DNA of 27,180 nt, from the IMG/VR virus record IMGVR_UViG_2740892115_000003; one strand, 5' to 3'. The notes under the pieces were generated by a model. The model was not told where the DNA came from. It saw nothing but the letters and a program-made list of their open reading frames with translations, and did no database searches. The DNA comes from a virus (lineage: Duplodnaviria; Heunggongvirae; Uroviricota; Caudoviricetes). This document shows, piece after piece, positions 6,001-13,002 of this stretch; the stretch's first letter is position 1, and each line of letters starts with the position of its first letter. Both the position numbers and the translations under genes were made by a program.

Positions 6001-8802
6001 ATGACGGCAGAGTACATCAGGGACTGGCAACAACCGCGCCACGCGGTGGGGCGTGAAGGAACGGGGATCCCCGCTCCTGAATCCGCGCTTTCCTCCTGGC
6101 TGGGCGCCTACCGGGTAGAGAACGAGCGCCGCCAGGAAATGGCTGATGCGGCGTTCTCCGCCACGCCGCTGGGCAACCTGATTAATAAAAGCTTGGACGC
6201 ACAGGAAAAACAGGACAAAACCATCACACTGGCAGGAGACGCCAGAAAACAGGCACGCGGCGCGGTGGATGAAGCCATGGCCTCGCTGCGCCTGCTGCCG
6301 TCCTATCTGCGCGATCCGCTTATTCGCCACCTCTCCTTCCTGCGCAAAAAACAGGAAGCCGATCGCCGGAAAGGCAAAAAGAGCTGGCAGGCGGAACGCT
6401 ATGCACGCGGAACCCTGCGCAAAATATTCGAACGTCTGGACCGCACCGATCACCGCTGGCTGACACCGGGTTATCGCTCCCTTGCTGGACGCGAACGCCT
6501 GGACGATTTGCTTTACCTGCCGCAGCTCAACAAACACCAGATACAGACGCTGGCCACCATGACGGCGGCGATGTTCAGCAGCACCTTCGAAAAACTCTGC
6601 GATGGCTTTGGCGCGACTGATGGCGAACTGACCATGGATGTAACGCTGAAGGCGTATCAGATGCTGGCCCGCATGGCGTTACACCTGCACGCCATGCCTC
6701 CACATTATGACTCACTGACAACAGACAAAGACCGGAGGAACGAACCGGACACAGAGCTGCTGCCGGGCGCAATCCTTCGCCTGACCTGTGCGGAATGGTG
6801 GAAACGCAAACTATGGCTGTTACGTTGCGAGTGGAGAGAAGAACAACTCCGCGCCGCCTGTCTGGTTTCCAGAAAAACATCGCCCTATCTGAGCCAGGAC
6901 GCGTTAAGCGAGTTTCGCGCACAGCGCGAGAAAACACGCGATTTCCTGAAAAGTTTCATGCTGGAAAACGAAGACGGGTTCACGATTGATCTCGAGACAG
7001 TGTATTACGCGGGAGTAAGTAACCCGGTTCACCGTAAGGCAGAAATGATGGCCACCATGAAGGGACTGGAACTTCTGGCCGAAGCCCGTGGCGACAGAGC
7101 GGTGTTTCTGACTGTCACCTGCCCGTCAAAATACCACGCAACAACGGAGAACGGTCATCCGAACCCCAAATGGAACGGGGCCACCATGCGCGACTCCAGC
7201 GATTACCTGGTTAACACGTTTTTTGCGGCGGTCCGCAAAAAACTGAACCGCGACGGCCTGCGCTGGTATGGCATCCGCACGGTGGAGCCTCACCATGACG
7301 GCACCGTGCACTGGCATATGATGGTCTTTGCTCATCCGGAAGAAATCGACAGCATCGTGGCCATCACCCGCGATATTGCCATTCAGGAAGACCGCCACGA
7401 GCTGGGCAATGATATTACTCCGCGCTTTAAAGTGGAGTATGTCGACGGCTCAAAAGGCACACCAACCAGCTATATCGCGACCTACATCGGGAAAAACCTG
7501 GACAGCCGCGCCGTGGATGGCATCGACCCGAAAACGGGCAAACCACGCGTTGACCACGAAACCGGAAAATCAATGGCCGAGAGCGTGGAGCGCGCCATCG
7601 GTTGGGCACGCCTTCACCGGGTCCGCCAGTTCCAGTTCTTTGGCATCCCCTCCCGTCAGGTGTGGCGTGAACTCCGCCGCCTTGCCAGCCAGATGGCACG
7701 CAACCCGGAAGGCCCGCAACGGCTGAAGGATGACGCAATGGATGCGGTACTCGCTGCCGCTGATGCCGGATGTTTTGCCACCTACATAGAGAAACAGGGC
7801 GGCGTACTTGTTCCACGCAAAGACTACCTGATTCGCACCGCCTACGACCTCGCCGATGAGCTGAACGATTACGGCGAACAGAGTGTACAGATTTACGGGA
7901 TCTGGTCACCACTCATCGGGGAATCCTCCCGTGTGTGCACGCACCCGGATAACTGGAAGCTGGTAAGACGTAAACCGGAACAGGAAGGCAGCGCCCACGA
8001 AAATGGTTTTGACCTTCAGGGCGGCCCTGCCGCCCCTTGGACTCGTGGCAATAACTGTCCCCGTGTACAGGAAACGGACAACAACGGGACAGAACAGCCG
8101 GAAGAACGGCCAGCACCGTGGCCGCAGCTTCCTGACGGCGTTGACGTGAACGAATGGATGCGCTCACTGAAACGGCACGAACGCCGGGCGCTGATGCATT
8201 CGCTGCGTGACAAACAGGCAAAAAACAGCAGTGATGAAATGCAGAGCTGGACACAGAGCCGCAAACAGCAGCGGCCTTTGCCTGATAACCACGAATTACT
8301 CGCTAAAGAATGGCGGGAGTCTGCCGAATCTCTCGGCCTGCATATCGGTGAACAGCAGATGCAGCACCTGTTACGGGGCGGCAGTCTGTACGTTGACGGC
8401 AGCATCATTGCACCGCAGGGATTTGAAATTGTACGCAAACCGGATACCCGACCGGACAGCCGGATCACGCAGCTCTGGCAGCGCCTGAGCCGTAACCACG
8501 GCGTAAGCAGTACGGAGATCCGCCATAACCCGGTCGCCAGCTATCTGGAACAGCTGAGGGCATCAGACCCCGAAGCCGCCGCACGCCTGGCATCCACACT
8601 TCAGCAAGACCAGAACACCATGAAAACACCCGTTACCGTGCTTTCTGACATGCTGCGCGCCATCCGCGACGCAGAGCACGCACAGAGAATCAGTGAAACC
8701 ACTGAACGCGCCCGCCGCAAAGCAGACCTGCTGCGGGGTGGCCTGACCAGTGGAAACAAAAAACAGACAGAAACGGGATTTCAGAATCCCGTAAACGATT
8801 AA
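6001..8802 (+). CDS. A: Rolling-circle replication initiator endonuclease (P2 gpA family) with a long C-terminal extension
   Basis: It has an HUH motif (GTVHWHMMVF) and a paired-tyrosine motif (SYIATYIGKN). It aligns broadly with remembered P2 gpA (LTVTCPSKYH and VEPHHDGT.HWHMM). Its position is syntenic. Confidence 0.95.
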   Translation: MTAEYIRDWQQPRHAVGREGTGIPAPESALSSWLGAYRVENERRQEMADAAFSATPLGNLINKSLDAQEKQDKTITLAGDARKQARGAVDEAMASLRLLPSYLRDPLIRHLSFLRKKQEADRRKGKKSWQAERYARGTLRKIFERLDRTDHRWLTPGYRSLAGRERLDDLLYLPQLNKHQIQTLATMTAAMFSSTFEKLCDGFGATDGELTMDVTLKAYQMLARMALHLHAMPPHYDSLTTDKDRRNEPDTELLPGAILRLTCAEWWKRKLWLLRCEWREEQLRAACLVSRKTSPYLSQDALSEFRAQREKTRDFLKSFMLENEDGFTIDLETVYYAGVSNPVHRKAEMMATMKGLELLAEARGDRAVFLTVTCPSKYHATTENGHPNPKWNGATMRDSSDYLVNTFFAAVRKKLNRDGLRWYGIRTVEPHHDGTVHWHMMVFAHPEEIDSIVAITRDIAIQEDRHELGNDITPRFKVEYVDGSKGTPTSYIATYIGKNLDSRAVDGIDPKTGKPRVDHETGKSMAESVERAIGWARLHRVRQFQFFGIPSRQVWRELRRLASQMARNPEGPQRLKDDAMDAVLAAADAGCFATYIEKQGGVLVPRKDYLIRTAYDLADELNDYGEQSVQIYGIWSPLIGESSRVCTHPDNWKLVRRKPEQEGSAHENGFDLQGGPAAPWTRGNNCPRVQETDNNGTEQPEERPAPWPQLPDGVDVNEWMRSLKRHERRALMHSLRDKQAKNSSDEMQSWTQSRKQQRPLPDNHELLAKEWRESAESLGLHIGEQQMQHLLRGGSLYVDGSIIAPQGFEIVRKPDTRPDSRITQLWQRLSRNHGVSSTEIRHNPVASYLEQLRASDPEAAARLASTLQQDQNTMKTPVTVLSDMLRAIRDAEHAQRISETTERARRKADLLRGGLTSGNKKQTETGFQNPVND

Positions 8803-8826
8803 TTAATCAACATAAGGAAAAGCGAC

Positions 8827-9786
8827 ATGAAAATTTGTATCGATGACGGCTCCACCAACATCAAGCTGGCATGGACTGAGAACGGCGAACGCCGCAACGC
8901 CATCAGCCCGAACAGCTTCAAGTCGGAATGGTCTGCGCCGTTCGGTGGCACGCAGCCCGCGAACTACATGCTTGATGGCGTGCGCTATGGTTTTGATCCG
9001 GTCAGCGATCGCTTTGTCCAGACGACTGACACGCAATACCAGTACAGCGATGTGAATGTCATTGCCATTCATCACGCGTTGGTCAAATCAGGCATCACGC
9101 CACAGGAGGTGGATGTGGTTGTCACCCTGCCACTGAGCGAGTATTTCGACACAAACGCACAGCCGGACATAGCCAACATCAACCGCAAAAAAGCGAACGT
9201 TATGCGCCCGGTGGAGTACCAGAACGGCGAAGCATTCACTATCCGTAACGTACGGGTTATGCCTGAATCCATTCCGGCTGGCTTTAAGGCACTGGCTGAC
9301 ATGAGTCCGTTTGAATCCCTGCTGATTGTGGATTTAGGCGGAACCACGCTGGATGTGGCAAAGGTTCAGGGACAACTGGCAGGTATCAGCCAGGTGTTTT
9401 GCGATCCACACGTAGGCGTTTCCCTGATGGCCGATGCCGTACTGTCGGTGATGGCCACTAACGGTATGCGTACCAGTCACCACATCGCCAATACCATTAT
9501 CGAACATCGCCATGATGAAGCCTGGCTGCGCCAGCACATCCACAATGACGCGCATTACGCCAGCCTGATGGCGGTTATTCGTGAAAAGGAAGAAACACTG
9601 AAACAACGCGTGATCCGCGCGCTGGCGGGTTTTTCGGGTTACGGGCGGGTGATGGTTGTCGGTGGAGGGGCGGAGATTGTGGCACCCGCTATCCGCGAAG
9701 CCTGCGGAGTTAATGCGACTTTCATCGCGGACGGGGTGCCACAGTTTGCTCTGGTTAATGGGCTGTACGCAATGGACAAGGAGTAA
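8827..9786 (+). CDS. parM: Actin-like plasmid segregation ATPase ParM/StbA
   Basis: It aligns along its full length with plasmid R1 ParM (from memory). Shared motifs are IDDGSTNIKL, ISPNSFKSEW, VMPESIPAGF, DLGGTTLDV and GGGAE. Confidence 0.93.
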   Translation: MKICIDDGSTNIKLAWTENGERRNAISPNSFKSEWSAPFGGTQPANYMLDGVRYGFDPVSDRFVQTTDTQYQYSDVNVIAIHHALVKSGITPQEVDVVVTLPLSEYFDTNAQPDIANINRKKANVMRPVEYQNGEAFTIRNVRVMPESIPAGFKALADMSPFESLLIVDLGGTTLDVAKVQGQLAGISQVFCDPHVGVSLMADAVLSVMATNGMRTSHHIANTIIEHRHDEAWLRQHIHNDAHYASLMAVIREKEETLKQRVIRALAGFSGYGRVMVVGGGAEIVAPAIREACGVNATFIADGVPQFALVNGLYAMDKE

Positions 9787-9790
9787 ACCA

Positions 9791-10102
9791 ATGACGACAC
9801 CAACCAGACGGATAAGTTTCTATCTGAAGCCTGCGGCCGTCAAGAACGAAAGCGAAGCATGCGCCTGGCTGGACAGCCTTACACCAGAAGCCCGCAAAAG
9901 CGGCCAACGCGTGGCTTTTCTGGCCGGGCTGGCACTACTGAAAATGAATCCGGCAGAGGCTTACCGACTGGCTGCATGGGCTGATGATGAGGCATTATCA
10001 GTGACACAAACCAGGACAGAACGCCCCGCGTCACAGCCAGTATCAGCCGCACAGATAACCAGTCAGATGGCCGGAAATATCCGGGCGTTATTTCCCGAAT
10101 AA
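9791..10102 (+). CDS. parR: ParR-like centromere-binding adaptor (RHH N-terminus)
   Basis: The ATG at 9791 follows AAGGAG. RRISFYLKP...LDSLTPEARKSGQRVAFLAGLALLKMNP parallels R1 ParR (RRTIAFKLNP...LDSIPQGERSRLNRAALTAGLALYRQDP, from memory). It sits immediately after parM. Confidence 0.8.
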   Translation: MTTPTRRISFYLKPAAVKNESEACAWLDSLTPEARKSGQRVAFLAGLALLKMNPAEAYRLAAWADDEALSVTQTRTERPASQPVSAAQITSQMAGNIRALFPE

Positions 10103-10107
10103 CACAA

Positions 10108-10137
10108 CATCAGGGCGCATCCGCCCTGATGACTTTA
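10108..10137 (+). terminator. Perfect 10-bp hairpin after parR (possible partial terminator)
   Basis: CATCAGGGCG, a CATC loop, then CGCCCTGATG (10108-10131). It is followed by ACTTTAA, which is only a weak U-tract. Confidence 0.5.
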
Positions 10138-10165
10138 ACCCGGGAGCATAAACAAGGGGGACACA

Positions 10166-10501
10166 ATGCAACACATTGACAGAGAAAAAGCGCAGCGACT
10201 GATTGAGCGGATGGAAGCGCTGGCGAAAGAAGAAAATGTCAACATCCAAAAAATAGCTGAATGTGGCCAGATAGTTCTTCGTCGTGAAAAAGACCTCAAA
10301 CAACTGATGTCTGGCGAAACCAGCAAAACATGGACTTCAGGCGAGAAGACGGTTTATTGCAGTTTCTGCAATAAATCCCAGTACGAAGTCACAAAGGTGA
10401 TTGCCGGACCGTCTGTTTACATCTGCAATGAGTGCGTGGATTTGTGCAATGAAATTATCAGGAAAGAAGTGACAGACCATGAAGAAAAAACGCATGAATG
10501 A
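10166..10501 (+). CDS. Small protein with a C-terminal ClpX-type C4 zinc-binding domain and no AAA+ module
   Basis: An AGGGGG ribosome-binding site lies upstream. [39 protein letters not shown] closely matches the E. coli ClpX N-domain ([39 protein letters not shown], from memory). The N-terminal ~60 aa are helical. Confidence 0.85.
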   Translation: MQHIDREKAQRLIERMEALAKEENVNIQKIAECGQIVLRREKDLKQLMSGETSKTWTSGEKTVYCSFCNKSQYEVTKVIAGPSVYICNECVDLCNEIIRKEVTDHEEKTHE

Positions 10502-10667
10502 CGAATTTGACGGCTTTTAATTTTATCGGGGCGCACTGTCGCCCTGCATGGAGAAAAACAATAAAAAAGATGAATAACTGCTCATGTCAGACGCGCTGCG
10601 GGCAAGTCTGGCACCCTGCCCTGTTTCCGCAAAGGCTGTTGTCTTAACACGACAGAGTATGCCAGCA

Positions 10668-11075
10668 TTAAATATAATCTTCTTCGTAGTCGCTGATTAA
10701 TTCATTGCCATAATCAGACAGCAATTTCAAAGCAAAGGTAACTTCCTCAAGGGTAGCTATCCCCATTGCTGAAAACACCGTTAATTTAACCAGCAGCAGG
10801 GAGTTTGAAAGTTCGGAAGAGTTCATCATTAAAAATATTGATGCAGCCTGAAAAGCTGTGCGTTTATTCCCATCATGAAAGGCATGAGCCTTGGCTATAC
10901 CAATCAAATACATAGCAGCCAGAGCATGAATATCATCAACCCCTTCATAGTAGTGTAGTGTCCTGACGCGATTTAAAGCACCTTCAAGTAGCCCGTCATT
11001 GGCATTTCCGCTCTGGGGTAAAGTTTCAGCATGGATACGTTCTACTTGTTCTTTTGACAAAAACACTATGTCCAT
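10668..11075 (-). CDS. doc: Doc (death-on-curing) Fic-fold toxin
   Basis: It carries the Doc/Fic motif HAFHDGNKRTAF. It is 135 aa long, and its start overlaps the stop of the upstream antitoxin ORF. Confidence 0.92.
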   Translation of the reverse strand: MDIVFLSKEQVERIHAETLPQSGNANDGLLEGALNRVRTLHYYEGVDDIHALAAMYLIGIAKAHAFHDGNKRTAFQAASIFLMMNSSELSNSLLLVKLTVFSAMGIATLEEVTFALKLLSDYGNELISDYEEDYI

Positions 11076-11431
11076 CAGTTATCCTCAAGCTTTTTAATGA
11101 TATCCGCATGTTTTTCTCTTGTACGCTTCATTGCATCTTCAAAAGACAATCCTTTTTTTCTCTGTGCGACAAGAGCTGGATGACGTTTTTCCAGATCTCT
11201 CACTGCATTTATTAAGAGTGGTTGCTTCATTTTGTTTATTTGATCCCGCAGTTTTTTGGTTTTGCCAAGGACAGCCCGTATTTCAGGACTAAGATCAGAA
11301 CCAGCAAGAACAACATCCTTCCCTCCCTGCGCAGTGATAACGACACTGCCACCGGAAGAAAGGTAATCCAGAATTTCACTCAGGTTCTCACGAAATTCAT
11401 CATCAGTTACAGTTTTCATATTCATTTCCAT
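11075..11431 (-). CDS. Phd/YefM-type antitoxin (long form)
   Basis: The N-terminus TVTDDEFRENLSEILDYLSSGGSVVITAQGGKDVVL has a Phd/YefM-fold pattern. It is translationally coupled to doc. The start may be an internal ATG (11425 or 11419). Confidence 0.8.
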   Translation of the reverse strand: MEMNMKTVTDDEFRENLSEILDYLSSGGSVVITAQGGKDVVLAGSDLSPEIRAVLGKTKKLRDQINKMKQPLLINAVRDLEKRHPALVAQRKKGLSFEDAMKRTREKHADIIKKLEDN

Positions 11432-11505
11432 TATGCACGCCCATAACGTAAGTATAACGGCTTGTTGGGCAGTAATAACACCGCCATATTTTCATTTTAT
11501 ACACC

Positions 11506-11531
11506 GCACAATAGTGCACAAATTTGCACAA
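11506..11531. promoter_or_regulatory. Three 10-bp-phased GCACAA repeats (TTGTGC on the minus strand), a possible phd-doc promoter/operator
   Basis: GCACAA occurs at 11506, 11516 and 11526. On the minus strand the middle TTGTGC lies 16 nt from TAAAAT, giving a possible -35/-10 pair about 75-100 bp upstream of the antitoxin start. Confidence 0.35.
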
Positions 11532-11539
11532 TTTTTTTG

Positions 11540-11905
11540 AACAACTTTTTACCCTTCCGGCCCGCGTGGCGACTGGATCCGTCAGGGATCCGTGCGTGCA
11601 CAAAAAAACGCGTTTTTTCTGCGCGCAGGTGACGGGGGAACAGCCCGCGTTTCAGGGGGTAAATAGCATTCCCTGAACGATGTCGCAGAGATACAACAGA
11701 ATGGCTGTATTTCTCACGCTGAGCGTGAAAAATACGTGAGGGATTCTGATTTGATGGGGTGAAAGGTAAGGCCGTCAAAATCGCACTGAGGCGGCGAGAA
11801 CATGCAGTCAACGCGGTAGGATTGCGTAAGAGTCTGACCGTCGATGATGGCAATAAGCAGGAAAGCGTCGTGAAATTATCTGATTGATACAGGAGCTGGA
11901 GAGTC
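11540..11905. other. Non-coding region expected to contain cos (cohesive-end / terminase recognition site)
   Basis: In P2, cos lies just beyond the 3' end of Q, so synteny places it here. The region is rich in symmetry elements. These include GGATCC-N5-GGATCC (11574-11590), an A6-CGCG-T6 palindrome (11603-11618), the TTCAGGG/CCCTGAA hairpin (11651-11677), and CACGCTGAGCGTG. Two G-rich candidates loosely resemble the P2/186 cohesive end: GGTGACGGGGGAACAGC (near 11629) and GGCAATAAGCAGGAAAGCG (near 11850). I could not fix the exact site. Confidence 0.4.
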
Positions 11906-11929
11906 GGGGCATAAATTTTTTATGCCCCG
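11905..11929 (-). terminator. Strong hairpin just downstream of Q (possible end of the P-Q transcript)
   Basis: CGGGGCATAAA, a TTT loop, then TTTATGCCCCG gives an 11-bp stem. Neither strand has a clean U-tract after it. Confidence 0.35.
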
Positions 11930-11955
11930 GCGAAGCAGCAGACAAGCGAAGCGCG

Positions 11956-13002
11956 TCAGGATGTGGGCTGGGTGTCTAACAGTGCGTAAGGGTTAAAGCG
12001 GATCACCTCTTCGCCGAGCCAGTCATTGATGTGCTTCATGGCCTCCATGACGGGCATCAGCTCGTTAATTGCGTAAACCCGCGCGGCCTTCTCCACATCA
12101 CCAAACGCACTTTTTTCGCCTGGCATCGCCCCCATCAGTTGCGGCGGAACGCGGTGCGCAGCCAGCACATCATCACGGGATGCCGCCTTAACATTCATGA
12201 ACTCATCCTTTGCAGTGATCTGCTGGAACGGCAAAATTTGCACACCTTCTTTGCCCCCGTTGGGCGCATGGATGAGCACGTTTTTAAACGCACCACCGCC
12301 ACGCGCGCCCTGTAACGTTTCTTTCAGGGAGTCCATGCTTTCGCGGTTTACCTGCGCTGCGCCGATGTAGATGATACACCCGGCGTGGGATCCGTTGTCG
12401 TAATACAGTTTTCTGAACATGTCCGCCGAATGAGACAGGCTGGCCGAGAGTAATGCGCCAAGATATTCCGGCATGCCGTAGATTTCCTGGTTAATATCCG
12501 GATTCATCAGGTGGCACACTTTGCCAGGGCGAAACTGGAACGCGTCCTTGCCATCCTGCACATACCACCATGATTCAAGATCGCTTCCGCGTCGCATGTA
12601 TTTCGCCAGGGCGTGCCGTAATTTAAGCGGTTCGCCGAGCATATTGCTTCGAAGCTCAAGGAATGCGTTACCGAACACAAACCAGTCCAGCGCCAGCGCC
12701 GAGAAATCCTGCCGGGAAAGCAGCGGGTGCGGAATATAGCAGCCGAGCAATACATTGCGCTTAAAGTAAAGCGCAGACTGATGCCAGGACGTTTGCCGGG
12801 CAGCTCTTGCCAGACCGTACCAGTCCACCGGGGTTTCATACCACCGCCCGTTATCAGCACAGTACATATTATCCAGCAGGTCATGCCCGGTCAGGCGATA
12901 AGGACCATCAAATGTGAATGCACTGAGCGACGATTCTTTCCTGAGCGCATCAGCGAGATCAATGCGTGAACTCATGCGCACTTTTTTATTTTTTCTGCTC
13001 AT
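11956..13002 (-). CDS. Q: Portal protein (P2 gpQ family)
   Basis: It is 348 aa and syntenic, with an ATGA overlap to P. It matches the remembered gpQ family in size and arrangement. Confidence 0.95.
   Translation of the reverse strand: MSRKNKKVRMSSRIDLADALRKESSLSAFTFDGPYRLTGHDLLDNMYCADNGRWYETPVDWYGLARAARQTSWHQSALYFKRNVLLGCYIPHPLLSRQDFSALALDWFVFGNAFLELRSNMLGEPLKLRHALAKYMRRGSDLESWWYVQDGKDAFQFRPGKVCHLMNPDINQEIYGMPEYLGALLSASLSHSADMFRKLYYDNGSHAGCIIYIGAAQVNRESMDSLKETLQGARGGGAFKNVLIHAPNGGKEGVQILPFQQITAKDEFMNVKAASRDDVLAAHRVPPQLMGAMPGEKSAFGDVEKAARVYAINELMPVMEAMKHINDWLGEEVIRFNPYALLDTQPTS

Noticed and set aside
5464-6537. 357-aa ORF on the minus strand spanning the A start region
   Set aside because: It is entirely antisense to two well-supported plus-strand genes (5629-5994 and A). 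Its composition is shadow-ORF-like (R, A, G and C rich, with no motifs). It has no ribosome-binding site or operon context.
6269-8488. Numerous 60-160 aa ORFs on both strands inside gene A (for example 7427..7912 (-) and 8016..8468 (-))
   Set aside because: All are nested in the 933-aa A frame, which carries the HUH and YxxxY motifs. Their products are Arg/Cys/Ser-rich nonsense-like sequences.
8803-9075. 90-aa minus-strand ORF overlapping the parM start
   Set aside because: It is antisense to parM, whose identity is unambiguous.
10502-10667. Possible parC centromere, bidirectional terminator or micro-ORF between the ClpX-ZBD gene and doc
   Set aside because: I found only short 5-7 bp stems without U-tracts and no iterated 10-12 bp repeats. 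The 9-aa and 18-aa micro-ORFs lack ribosome-binding sites. Nothing here is supportable by eye.
11497-11853. 118-aa minus-strand ORF in the cos gap
   Set aside because: The product is rich in R, S and P with an improbable composition. It has no ribosome-binding site and spans multiple palindromes. The region is expected to be the non-coding cos/terminase recognition site.
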